DNA of 63,147 nt, the filler included, from Octopus bimaculoides (taxonomy: Eukaryota), in NCBI RefSeq assembly GCF_001194135.2. It is 5 parts of 4 records of this genome, joined end to end, with 100 filler letters (N's around TTAATTAATTAA, not from the genome) between each part and the next. Parts side by side here need not be neighbours in the genome. Positions count along the whole stretch, not along the records: positions 1 to 12,314 come from NC_068985.1; positions 12,415 to 31,655 come from NC_068997.1; 3 more parts are not named here. One strand, written 5' to 3'. Shown one piece after another: positions 1-13,620 of the stretch; the stretch's first letter is position 1; each line of letters starts with the position of its first letter. The notes below the pieces were generated by a model. That model was not told the DNA's origin, ran no database searches, and saw only the letters and a list, made by a program, of their open reading frames with translations. Both the position numbers and the translations under genes were made by a program.

Positions 1-2575
1 AAAGAATAAACTATCTTTTTTTTAAAAAAAGAATAGTTTTCCTTTTATTTGTTTAGAATTACAAATAGTTTTAATAAACTATTGTTCCCTTCTACTTCCT
101 GGGTATTGTCTGAAAGAGAAGCATAGATTTAATGTTTTAAAATATATTTCACAACATTTATCTACTTGAAAAAACAAGATAAGTTTGTTTTCTTCTTAAA
201 TTTCAATTATCTGAACTGGAAATCTAAAATAATCGTGTTGTAAGATTAGTAAAATGTTATAGCTGACACGTGAGAGATGATGGAGTAAATCCTGTTCTGT
301 TAATCCGTTATTTTTAAAAATCTTAAATAGATCCCATCTCCATCACAAAACTCTTGAGTAAAGTTGCATTAGTAATGCCAGTAAACCAACGAAATTCTTC
401 TCTTATGAGTTCAAATTCAGATGAGATGACTTTCTCTTTCATTACAACTTAGGGTTATAATATGTTCTTATTATTTGCTTAAATTGTTTCCTTCTTTGAT
501 TATACAATACTATCGGCGTAAATTATGCTTATACCCGCGCAGGACATCATTATTAGCAATGAATTATTTTTCATTTAATATTTTATTATGCCGTATTTAT
601 CATGATTCATCGAGATATTGTAATCGATCATCCTTTATAAATGATATATGGTGCCTCTCCCGCAGAAAATAATATATTTTGCAGAAGCCACTTCTATATT
701 TGTCATCATATAAAGGTATCAAACCAGCAGACTCACTACTGTGTTCGACAAAATGCTTGGTGGTATATTGTCCGGCTCTTCACGTTCTGAATTGATATCG
801 CACTGAAGTCAATTTGACTTTTCAAAAAAAATAAGTACCTAATGAACTCCCCAACATTCCCAAAACAGCTAATCTTCTGCCGAAATTTGGAGCCATATTC
901 AGATTCTGATAGTATTGGACATACGCGTTCTAGGATTGTTAATAGCTGAGTTGTTAGCTCTGCGAACCGAGTACAACAAGGGACTTGTTCGAACTTTTTA
1001 AGTTGTGCGTTGCCGTTTATTTTTTAGGGGTCGATAAAAAAGGACTGATTCCAATTTTTGGTGGGCGGAGCTGTAAGAACATCAGATAGGATGCCGTTCC
1101 GCTATAGTTCAGGTGTGATTTGCGTTTAGAGTTCAAAATCCATTCTGGCCTAGAGCAACCCCTAACAAGTCAAGTGCCTCAATTGAAAGCATTCACCAGA
1201 CACGAAGGACGTCTGTTGGGCCATAAGTATCGCCGTACCTCCACAATGAGATACTAAGAGGTTCCTGCTGCAAACTGGCTGCAGATGGCTGTTATGTAGT
1301 TGTATTGAACTACCAGCTAAAAATAAGTGTTTCCTTCTAAGCAGCTATGACATTATCAAGTTATGTAAATTATTATATTCTTCCACATGGCTTAGTGAGG
1401 AAATGAAGAGCAATGTGAAGGATATTTTTCAGAGTCGTCAAATCTTGTGGTGGTGGTGGTAGGACGTCACCTTAGGAACAAAAACTAGGTTCATATACTT
1501 ATATTAGAGTATACACCGCCAATGATTACTAAGGGACTAGCGTTGGTGTTGAGTGATGCAAAGGAACATGTTTTTCATTTAAGGTAATCTATAAGAGGAG
1601 AAATAATATACGGGAGATCATTTTCACTGCAGAACAATCACGTTAGCTTTTCATGCTAATAAAATGTTCTCTGAAATATAATTTCAAGACCGTTGAGCAA
1701 ACGCCGTGAACCTAAGCCGCCTTTGATTCATTAAGTGATGGTCAATTCTTTCCGGATGTCGATTATCAAAGTTCATTTACAATAGATATTCAGACATATA
1801 TTGTACAGACAGTAAAATGACTGCTGTGATAATGAAAGGATACGAAATGATGTTTGCTCTACGGGATATAAAACTCACTAAAGTGATGAATGTTAATTTA
1901 TTTATTTGGCACAAGGCCTTGCGCTTACTGGAAAACGATAAGGGAGTTGAAACTATTTCGAAAAATTAACGTACAAACTGAAGAATAATGCAGTAAATAC
2001 AGGTTTCATTTTGGTTAACCCCAAAGGATATGTTTATGATAAGAAGTGTTAAGTTCACGACTTGCCAAAATGTCACTTGTTGCATAAGTAAAGCGAAATG
2101 TCTACCATCAGGGACTGAAAAAATGAGGCAATATCTCTCAGCCCCCTCTCGTTCTTTTCTCTCTCTTCCCAACACTCTATTCAAAATTGATATTCTACTC
2201 TAAAGAGCCCTTGAATTGCTGCAAGTAATATTGATTTTGTTCTTAGCAATACTGCCACAATCTAATAGACTAAAATCTAATAGAAGCGATTAAATTTGTG
2301 TCTGTTAATTATTGACATATTCTTATCGATATTTGATGATAAAATTCATAGCGAACTCTGCTCTATACTAAAAAATTGTGAAAATGAAACTATATACTGC
2401 AAGTCATATTATGGTAAAGTCGATGTATTGATTTCATAATGATGTTGATATTAGCTCAGTGGGCCTAACACTCTGTAAGGATATCTAATTCGCTCCGAGA
2501 AAGAGGAGGTCGGATGATGGTAAAAAACCACACACGCATACACACCAACATATATTCATATATCTATCTATATGC

Positions 2576-2612
<37 letters not shown>

Positions 2613-2636
2613 CGTGCGCGCGTGTATGTGTTCGTG

Positions 2637-2673
<37 letters not shown>

Positions 2674-4288
2674 NNNNNNNNNNNNNNNNNNNNNNNNNNN
2701 NNNNNNNNNNNNNNNNNNNNNNNNNNNNNNNNNNNNNNNNNNNNNNNNNNNNNNNNNNNNNNNNNNNNNNNNNNNNNNNNNNNNNNNNNNNNNNNNNNNN
2801 NNNNNNNNNNNNNNNNNNNNNNNNNNNNNNNNNNNNNNNNNNNNNNNNNNNNNNNNNNNNNNNNNNNNNTATACATACACATACATATATATGTATATAC
2901 GTAAATATACACACAAAAGTACATAAGCTGCACAGTTGGGTCATACACTTCAGTAATATTGAAATTCTTCAGGTTTATTCATTTATTCTTTTATTCTTTT
3001 ACTTGTTTCAGTCATTTAACTGCTACCATGCTGGAGTACCGCATCTAATCGAACAAATTGACCCCAGGATTTATTCTCTGTCAGCCTAGTACTCATTCTA
3101 TCATCCCTTTTGCAGAACCGCTAACTTATATGTGAATTGTTGGCGATTTTCTTTCTCCGTCTTCCCTTCTATTGGACTTTCTTCTATTTCCGAAGAAGCG
3201 CATCTGCTCGAAACGTTAAGCTATCTTTCTTTTCTTCCCAGAGCGTCTGCTAATACTTTACATGTACCACGTCCTCGCGTTGTTGCTTTTTTGTGTTCGT
3301 TCTTCTNNNNNNNNNNNNNNNNNNNNNNNNNNNNNNNNNNNNNNNNNNNNNNNNNNNNNNNNNNNNNNNNNNNNNNNNNNNNNNNNNNNNNNNNNNNNNN
3401 NNNNNNNNNNNNNNNNNNNNNNNNNNNNNNNNNNNNNNNNGTGTGTGTGTGTGTGTGATAGTGGCGACTCTGGTAGTCTGGTAGTCGGACTGTTGGTCCT
3501 AGCCCGAGTATAAGTTTAGCAAAGTGAGCTGATATTTGCAAGTTGATTTAATTTATGTCAACACTAATTCAAGTATGTAATTGCAGCCAATCACTCGGGC
3601 TCCTTTTTTCAAGCCTGGTTACATTTTGTTTGGTTTCGTTAAGCGTCTAGCAGTTATCTTAGAGTTGCCCTGTGTCACAAAGTATCATTCGTAGCAGACG
3701 TTCTCTCGAGGTCGTTCGCAGGAGCCCAAAAGTTACAAAAGTTGTTATCTATAATCGTAAAAATTAATTGTAATTCAAATTCAGTGTGTTCTTGAAACAA
3801 TAACTTTCTATAGAGATAAGAATTTAAATTCCAATGTATAAAAATTTCCGTTCTACAATATTCTTAAAGGAACAAAAAATTATCCACCAATCGGGCTAAT
3901 ATGAATGAGCTTAGTAGAAGTGAAAAACTAACTGAAATCTCGTCACGAGTACAGGTGACAGTTGGATCGCTGAGGTTTGTTGTGCACTCCACTGTCATTA
4001 TTTCATTGCTGTTATTCTGTGCATCCGTGTGTAAAGATCAGTCTTTTGCAGGGTTGCTTTATTCTCACCTTTAACTTAGAAATGGATAAAGGCATAGTGC
4101 TAGATGTAAAGAAATAAGGCATTTAGGAATAGAGATATTTCGGAAAAACGTGAAATTCTTCGAGTAGGCATATTTCTTATGTGAAATCTGTGATAAGCCC
4201 GAGTGACAGAATCTGTGATGAACCCGAATGCCGAAATCTGTGATAAGCCTTAAGTGAAGCTGATGACCTGACGTCGCCTCTGGTATAT

Positions 4289-4331
<43 letters not shown>

Positions 4332-7300
4332 AAATTATAAACAGAGAAATATACAATGATGAAATTTATTTTACAAATCGATATTCATGCCTAACTACAA
4401 CTCTCTCGCAGCTTCATAGAGATGTAGAAATAATTTCCTGCATTACATTTTATAATAAATAATAAATTATTTACATATTGTATGTTTTGTAGAATTGTAC
4501 ACTGCAGAGCATCTTTGTGAGTAGTTGAATCCATATATTGTGAATTTCATATATATGTGTGTGTATGTGTGTGTGTGCTTGCTTCTCCATGAGTGTGTAT
4601 ACGTATATGTGTATCTATGTGTACATATTCTTGTGCATGTATATTCGTCTTTTACTGTTCCTATTAATACCCCTTTCCCAGTGCTAAAACACACTAAGGT
4701 CATAAATTACGTCTCCCCACAACATACATCATTAACATCCTCATCCTTTGACTCCGGACAATTGTCTTGTTATCTATTTAATATATCTTTTCACTTAACG
4801 TTGTTGCAGACTAACGCCGCTGTCTGTTCAAATACATTGTTTCCCATCGGACGAATTTTGGTAACAATGTTTCTACCTGTATTGGCTGACACAACGCCAG
4901 CATACGGCTGGCTAAACCATGTTAGTATATGCAGCACTGCCCGCTGTATCTACTTCTCCTTCTGCTGTTGCTCTTCTTCTTCCTTCTCTTCTCCTTTTTC
5001 TACTTCTCTTTCGCCTTTTTCGATTTGTTTTCCTCTCATTCTTTCTCTTTCTCCCTCTCATCATTATACGTATCTAACCTCTTGATTCGCCCCACCATAT
5101 CTTCCCCACAGGATCACCCTGCATACATACTTTTATTTTTTTCTGTTTTTATTTCACCCTGATAATTTCCTTAGAACATCTGATAGACGCTCAATATAAT
5201 AGCACGCCTCAGATGCAAGTCTGAAGAAGTGCCTCTTCAATGCCTAAAACGGCAAATATTACGTAATTTTTTTTTTGTTTAGAATTTTCGCATAAATTGG
5301 CGTTGCAAATTGAAATGGTACAGTGACATTTGTAACTCCTATTTAAAGATTTGTTTAAGAATTTTCTTTGTCTTCTTTTCTTCATTGGTATATCTGTAAT
5401 TTCGTTTTCTCATTTCTAAAATCTACATTGTATCAAAGTCATGCTTCTGTTTCTCAATCTATTTATGTCGGTTCGTTACTGTTTGTAAATAGATACGTCA
5501 CGATCTACCAGCGCAAGTAAAATTTCTTTTCGCACGTAATTTTTCCTGCTATATGTAATAGAAAATCTTGTAATAGAAACTGAGGTGCGCACAGTGGCCT
5601 GCTCGAGATTAAACAAGATTAATGTCAAGCAGATTTGAAGACATTTTGTCATTTTAGCATTTTGATTAGATATGACTGCACAAACTAAGGCACGGGCGTC
5701 AGTCGACCAAATTGTCTCTCAAGACACAAAGAAGGACTCTATTTCTGGTTTTATCATTTACTTGTTTCTGTCATCATGCTGGGGCACCACCTTGAAGAAT
5801 TTCCAGTCGAATGAATTAATCCCAGTAAACTTATTTTAAAAGCTTGGTACTTATTCTATCGGCAACTTTTGCCAAGCCGCTAGGTTACGGAAAGTTAAAC
5901 ACAATAATTCCGGTTATGAAGCGGTGGTAGGGGACAAATAAAAACACATATTGGTATCTATTCATATATAGGACGGACGGGCTCCTTTCAGTTTCCGTCC
6001 ACCAAATTCACTCACAAGGCTTTGGTCCGCCCACGTCTATAGCAAAAAACAAAAAAAAAAGAACGCTTGCCTTAGGTGCCACACAGTAAAAGTGAACCTA
6101 AAACAAAGTGTTTCGGAAGTAAACTTCTTACCACACAGCCACAGCAGCACCTACATTTGATCTACATTTTCAGTGGCTGAAAATTAACTACATAACCAAA
6201 AAAGGTTATTTCCTTCTAGATTGTAATTTGACTTCTAATTTGTATAAAAGTTTCCTATTGAACTTTGTACATCATCCAAACTAGGCTCTTCTTATAGACA
6301 TAATTTAAAAGATATTATCCTCCTGCCTTACGAAGTCTGTCTCATCACTTTTAAAACCACAAGATTTAGCCACAAATTCACAACTTAATTTCAGCATCGA
6401 TAGTATCTCTTTTAAACTATTGTGCTTCAATTTTTTTATGCCTAGTTAAATCAACCCCCTACCCCAAAACATAGAAGAATAAATATTGAACAAATAAAGG
6501 AAATCAATAAATTGTGATATTACTTTTAAAGTTATTTACACAATAAAACGGGAGAACATATTTCTAACAAAGGAAATAAAAGAAAATCAAAATTAAAATT
6601 AAAATTTGAATTAACTAATAATAAAAATTGGGATAAGAAGTTATACAAAGGCGATTTACAGAAAAAGAATATATATATATATATATANNNNNNNNNNNNN
6701 NNNNNNNNNNNNNNNNNNNNNNNNNNNNNNNNNNNNNNNNNNNNNNNNNNNNNNNNNNNNNNNNNNNNNNNNNNNNNNNNNNNNNNNNNNNNNNNNNNNN
6801 NNNNNNNNNNNNNNNNNNNNNNNNNNNNNNNNNNNNNNNNNNNNNNNNNNNNNNNNNNNNNNNNNNNNNNNNNNNNNNNNNNNNNNNNNNNNNNNNNNNN
6901 NNNNNNNNNNNNNNNNNNNNNNNNNNNNNNNNNNNNNNNNNNNNNNNNNNNNNNNNNNNNNNNNNNNNNNNNNNNNNNNNNNNNNNNNNNNNNNNNNNNN
7001 NNNNNNNNNNNNNNNNNNNNNNNNNNNNNNNNNNNNNNNNNNNNNNNNNNNNNNNNNNNNNNNNNNNNNNNNNNNNNNNNNNNNNNNNNNNNNNNNNNNN
7101 NNNNNNNNNNNNNNNNNNNNNNNNNNNNNNNNNNNNNNNNNNNNNNNNNNNNNNNNNNNNNNNNNNNNNNNNNNNNNNNNNNNNNNNNNNNNNNNNNNNN
7201 NNNNNNNNNNNNNNNNNNNNNNNNNNNNNNNNNNNNNNNNNNNNNNNNNNNNNNNNNNNNNNNNNNNNNNNNNNNNNNNNNNNNNNNNNNNNNNNNNNNN

Positions 7301-8399
7301 NNNNNNNNNNNNNNNNNNNNNNNNNNNNNNNNNNNNNNNNNNNNNNNNNNNNNNNNNNNNNNNNNNNNNNNNNNNNNNNNNNNNNNNNNNNNNNNNNNNN
7401 NNNNNNNNNNNNNNNNNNNNNNNNNNNNNNNNNNNNNNNNNNNNNNNNNNNNNNNNNNNNNNNNNNNNNNNNNNNNNNNNNNNNNNNNNNNNNNNNNNNN
7501 NNNNNNNNNNNNNNNNNNNNNNNNNNNNNNNNNNNNNNNNNNNNNNNNNNNNNNNNNNNNNNNNNNNNNNNNNNNNNNNNNNNNNNNNNNNNNNNNNNNN
7601 NNNNNNNNNNNNNNNNNNNNNNNNNNNNNNNNNNNNNNNNNNNNNNNNNNNNNNNATATATATATATATATATTATAATCTGTGATACGTGTTAACTTTT
7701 GATAATTTTCGCCCAGAACCGTTTCAATATTAGCCATCTTACGCAAACATTTATTATATATGTATATATGAACCGAAATTCTCACAATAACACACTCGTG
7801 AGTTATTACATAGGTAGACATAATTCTTATGCGCGAACAATCGTAAAACAGTAATTTATGGATTATTTGATATGTAATAAATTTTTTACACCACTTCTGT
7901 ATGTATGTCTATGCATATAGATATATGAATATATATTTATTTATACAAACACATATATTTATACCTATATATGTGTATGTGGGTGTCTGTGTCTGTGTGT
8001 CCGTGTATGCATACTTATGTGCATATGTATATATATGTGTGTGTGTTTATACATATATATATAAGTATATACTAGAAGAAAATGGACGAAAAATAACGGG
8101 AAGAGGTTGGTAGTTTGCACCTTTTGATTTAACCATCCCTTAGAGGTTTTAAACACCTGTAACGTATACCTATATATAAGTATATATATATATATGTGTG
8201 TGTGCATAAATATATATGTCTGTGTGTGTGTGTATACATACCTACATACCTACATACATACATATATATATATATATTTAAATTCATATACATACTTACA
8301 TATACAATGTTGTTACCATTTGAAATACGTATCGGTATAGAGAGATAAGTCTAAACACTCCGCGTGTGGCCGCATGGATGTAGGAATGTTTATCTGTTC

Positions 8400-9250
8400 T
8401 TCAGCATCAGAAAAACTAATTGCAGACGATGCGAACTGACAAGAGACACAAGTCTCCCTCACATTCCAGTCATCATTAGAATATTGGCTACGCTAGTCCA
8501 AATTTCGCCTAAAATAAAATTCAGGACAGAAGCACTTTCTAGAGATATGCATAAACAGAAACTTGTTACCAATTCAAATACGCTTGAGGAATTTTTGTAA
8601 AATTAAAACTAACACAGGTAAAAGGTTCCTCTCCTATTTGGATCAGTTTTTCCCAGAAAAACTACAAGACTTTTACAGACGCTGAATGAAATTATGATAT
8701 ATCTGCTGCCCCAATATGAAGAGCATTATTATTCGCAAACCCCAGCAAGAGCTCACTCCCAGCAGTAACTGTCAAGAACGTTGATCTTGTACACTCGACC
8801 AGAGATATAGGTTAAACACCGTCATATATAAGGTAGGCGATACGGCACCGTTACATGATAACCTAACCGAAAAGAGTAATCGTATATCGACTTATGCGAA
8901 GGCAATTTCAAAAGTCACAATGCTACCTACGTATATTCTCCCCGGCACACTAGCATATGTAGAACCACTAGGTTGGCTAGCTAAGTATGCGGTTTGAGGC
9001 GCAACTGCACACTTCATACAATGTAATGGAAAATTGCAGAAAAATTCTTCGGAATATCGCATATCATTTTTTATAACTAAAAAATCCATCCTACTGCTGA
9101 ATGCCAGATCAGAACATTTCAGGTTATGCCAACACATGGATAAGTTTCTTTGGCGAATTGGAAAACACAACGCTCTCGGAATAGAAAAGCCCGTATCTCA
9201 TATTTTAGGCCCTTTACCAATTTTACACCATCAAGACGTACGACTGGCTT
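8400..9250 (+). mobile_element. Highly decayed CR1/L2-like RT remnant
   Basis: Degenerate equivalents of YxDFAKAFDKV (about 8885-8920) and QGSILGPLLF (SHILGPLPIL, about 9195-9225); boundaries approximate. Confidence 0.5.
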
Positions 9251-12200
9251 TCATAGGGTATGTAACTCCAATTCTTTTCCCCTGTTTCTTTTGCTTTTAG
9301 TCCCCATTCTACTTTTCGAACCCACTTTCGTCTCATTTTTCTCGTGATCTGTCTTATTTCATTGTCCTGATTTGTAAATTGCATATGCAATATGCCCAGA
9401 GCTTGAAAATTATTCGAGATATGAGGCGTGTTATAAAACCTGTCTAATTTCAGTGTATAAAACTATCAGTAGCTGATAACTGTATATTGTGTATATTGAA
9501 CGATATTTATCTCTCACCAGATGGAGTTGTTGTTTTTTGTTGTTGATCTTTCCATAACGGATAAGTAAACGATATACATACATACGTAGATACATACATG
9601 CATACACACACACACACACACACACACATATGTAGAGATAGACAGACAGACAGAAAGATAGATAGATCGATAGATAGATAGATAGATAGATAGATATAGA
9701 TTGGTAGATAGATACTAATGAATTATAAATGCACCATAGTTTGAATACAGTAAATATTATATGTGTAGCCCCATAGTTATTCATACCTAGCGGCATCGCA
9801 TTAGACAGGTTTTTGAGTCATCATTCACTGATCGTTCCCTGCACGGTTTTGCCATTCATGTAACAAACGGTTATTCCAGTAGTCATTTATTCACGCAATG
9901 CATGGCCCTTTTTTTTATTATTACAGTTTTGCATGTGTATGGGGTGATTATCGATAGATTTCTTCCCAGTTAGATACCTACATAGTATCATGGAGAAACT
10001 TATATAATAGATTTAATTAGAATTAGAATGAGCTACAAAAGAAGCAAATCCAGGTGTAGAGGCATCATTTATGTATGAAGGCACATGAACACAATGGATT
10101 ATATACAAATGGTTTGTTATTCATTTCTAAACACCAGTAAAATAGGGTGCTTTCAGATTGACTACTAGAAGAATAAAGGAAAACTACGTTGAATGGTCCT
10201 GGTGAATACAGCCTCAGTGGTATAATTTAATCACGAAAGCACAACGAGAAAGCTTTTTATAACATTATCGTGTTAATGTTTACATAGCTGTATATCTAAA
10301 TGCATGTACATATTTGTCTGGTTTTCAAATTCAGCTCAAACAAGGTTTGTAGAATTGGACCAAGTTGAAAGAGACGTGTGTCACGCATTGACGAATCCTA
10401 CTCCGTTTGTTTTTAGAATGTGTTCCCTACAGCCGACAAATGCGACAAACTGAAAACGTGATGTAGCGTTAAGAGAGAGTGTAAATAAAAAAAAAACTGT
10501 AAATGTTATGAATCGACCAGGCGGTCCTTAATTTATCGATCTACGGTTGATGAATGGAAAACAAAATTGATATCGGTGGAATTTGAACTTAGAATTGACG
10601 GCAAGAAAAATATTTACCTATATATAGTAAATTATTATGTTAAACGCTCTAGCAGCTAAGCTAATTGACCGACTAGGAACACACCGATACGTGTTCTTAG
10701 AGAGACCGGCAAATAAATACATAAAACCACGTACACACACTGATCTACGCAGCAATGTGTGAAAAGCTTAAAGCAATAATGTCTAATGAATGTTCGATTC
10801 AGATAAGACATTGTGACAGAACAATCTTTTGTTCATAAACGCCTGTGTATTCTTACTGATAAGACAGTGAAAAATCATTGATAAATAGAGCAACCCTTTA
10901 GCAGAATTACCGTAGTATGAATAAAAAAAGAGAATATAAATTATGATCCAATATTTCCAAAGATTGCAACATATCTTTTGGGATCTGCAAATCTAGCTGA
11001 TTCATCTTTTTATTATCATTGATATAATGTTTATTTCATGAAGTAATATTTTTCTTTCTATTTTACTTTTTCTTCAAATTTCACATAATTGCGTTAACAA
11101 TAACGAATATATAAATAATAAAGCAACATAAATGAAAAATGAATTGTTAAAAATAATTTTCTGGAACTTGAAAACAACTTCAGCGTTCTGAATCTATTAA
11201 GAATAAAAAAGATTTTTTATGAAAAAAAGCTACGTTAGGTAAGGTAGCTCATACGAAATGTTTTCTTTATAATCTCGCAATTAACATAGAATAAGAAGTA
11301 TGAATTTTCCCATTTTTTTTTCTTCATATGCGACGCAAAAAAGGAAATATGAGGAGAGAACGAATAAAAATCTTGCTAAGAATGTGACGCAAAGGTAACC
11401 GTACGGTCTAGAATTCATTAACAAATATTTGAAACGATATAAAGAGTAATTTTTGCAAAGAAATAAAACATCATTGCTTGAAGTGGCCTGAGCTACTCCA
11501 AAGGTACTGTCTTGATGACAAACTGTTTATAATAGTAATGTGTAAGACGAACACAAGTGTGCATTAAAAGTGTTCCCTTGATGATACATTGGGTTAAGCA
11601 TCCAAAGCACTTGGAACATACAATGATGGATTCCAAATATACGCAAAGGTGAAACGTGTCGATTCTATTAATTTATATTTGTATTTATCTTAATTTTCGA
11701 CTAAATATGTGTTGTATATTATAACTAGTTACCCGAGCCAGTTGTTTTGTTGGTTGTATATTAAACGATATGAGATTGTAAGGGAACAGTAAAAAGTAAA
11801 TACTACTTCACTGGATAAAAAAATGGTTGAGAACCTCTGTACTAGAGTATCGAACAATTCGAGTGACTACTGACAGTCGGTCGTGGGCTTGAAGCCTTTT
11901 TTAGTGAGGAATATCGAAATAAGGTCACGATCAAGAATCTGTACGCATGCACATTTATACAGATATAAATGCGTTTACCCATTTTACGTAAACTATTTAG
12001 GCTTACTAGTAAAGTTCATTTTTGTAAGTGAAAGGAATATTTTATATGCAAATTTATTAAGCATATGCAAGGATTCTGATATGATGTGCTTCGGCATTTC
12101 TGTGATAATGAATTGAGTTGTGTGACGAGGCCACATTTATATCCACAGATGTGCAAGCATACTGATCCACAAAATCAAACGTGCCAAAATTTATATTCGT

Positions 12201-12314
12201 GCACATATACATATGCATGCATATACCCGTGCATATTCAAATACGTGTGTGCGTAGAGAGAGAGAGAGAGATACATATATATATACGTATATATATATAT
12301 ATACATACATATAT

Positions 12315-12414
12315 NNNNNNNNNNNNNNNNNNNNNNNNNNNNNNNNNNNNNNNNNNNNTTAATTAATTAANNNNNNNNNNNNNNNNNNNNNNNNNNNNNN
12401 NNNNNNNNNNNNNN
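12315..12414. other. Artificial scaffold-join linker
   Basis: 44 N + TTAATTAATTAA (stop codons in all six frames) + 44 N. Confidence 0.95.
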
Positions 12415-12640
12415 TCTCTATTTGTCTATATCTGTCTGTCTGTCTCTATTTGTCTATATCTGTCTGTCTGTCTCTATTTGTCTATATCTGTCTGTCTGTC
12501 TCTATTTGTCTATATCTGTCTGTCTGTCTCTATCTGTCTATATCTGTCTGTCTGTCTCTATCTGTCTATATCTGTCTGTCTGTCTCTATCTGTCTATATC
12601 TGTCTGTCTGTCTCTATCTGTCTGTCTGTCTCTATTTGTC
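12415..12640. repeat. 28-bp tandem minisatellite, about 8 copies
   Basis: Unit TCTCTAT(T/C)TGTCTATATCTGTCTGTCTG. Confidence 0.9.
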
Positions 12641-13374
12641 TATAGTTTACTTCTTTTCTTTCTCGGAAACGTTATATACAAGTTGCCAGGGACACATGGA
12701 AATGAATAATTTATATTAGAGTACAGATTATTCCGGTTCTGGTGTTGTTTTGTAAATATTTGATGATAGTCATAGAGACTTTAGTCTCTCTCTATCACCT
12801 TTCAACAGCATTATATATGAAAAGACAGAACAATTAACAACATAATAAAAAGGTTTATTTATGATGCTTGGTTTCACAATTCCTGTCATTCAGCCTGCGT
12901 AGAATTAAACAAGCAAGCGTTTCCCGCTCAATTCATTCTCTTTTACGGTCGGCCGACCATGAGCATGGACGTGTGCTAAAGCTGTCTCTACACCTTTCGG
13001 ACTTACACAAGACAACTCGCTTACAACAAGAACAGAACAACGTCCCAACAACTATGCTCATACACAACAGAAGCTTGGTTTCACAATTCCTGTCATTCAG
13101 CTTAGCAGCCGCTGATTAGTTTGTAATTTGGTATTGGAAGGTTAAGGGCTTCCTTGATACCTGCCAGAGGATAGTGTAAAAGTGCTTCGTGGAGGAGCGA
13201 GGTGTTGTCACGTCGAAGGTCTCAAGCTCAACTTGCTGAAAAAAATGAAAGTAACTGTTTAAGTACGACTTTCACTACGCATGCGCAACTCGAGGGGCTT
13301 CCGGTGGTGAAATCGCATGCGCAGAACAGCACTTCCTCAATGGCGGCCATAATTTCGCGCCACTACAGTTTCTT

Positions 13375-13620
13375 ATCTATAATGATAAATGGCAAGTTTG
13401 TTACTTTAACTCCTCTGAGATTATCCAATAGACCTTCATGAAACTTGACACGTGTGGGGTGCTTATGCTCATGCGGTCACTTATGCACTTGGAATTTTTA
13501 AAAAATTGATTTTTAATCAGCATCGATTTTTCAAAAATCGTAAACATTTCGGCATTTTTCGCACTAACCATCGTGACATCAATTTGACGAAAAATGTTTC
13601 ATGGGTATAAACAGACGGTA
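13375..13620 (+). mobile_element. Possible non-autonomous Helitron-like element 5' end
   Basis: Starts ATCTATAATGATAAATGGCAAG and contains cttcatgaaacttgacac; 3' end not identified. Confidence 0.35.

Noticed and set aside
1-12314. Upstream NOS exons (oxygenase, calmodulin, FMN) that would prove MARS1 is nested in a NOS intron
   Set aside because: Manual scanning found no matching peptide with splice sites; small exons or exons hidden in gaps could be missed.
12359-12370. TTAATTAATTAA as homeodomain or PacI-like biological sites
   Set aside because: Always centred in exactly 44+44 N; an assembly artefact.
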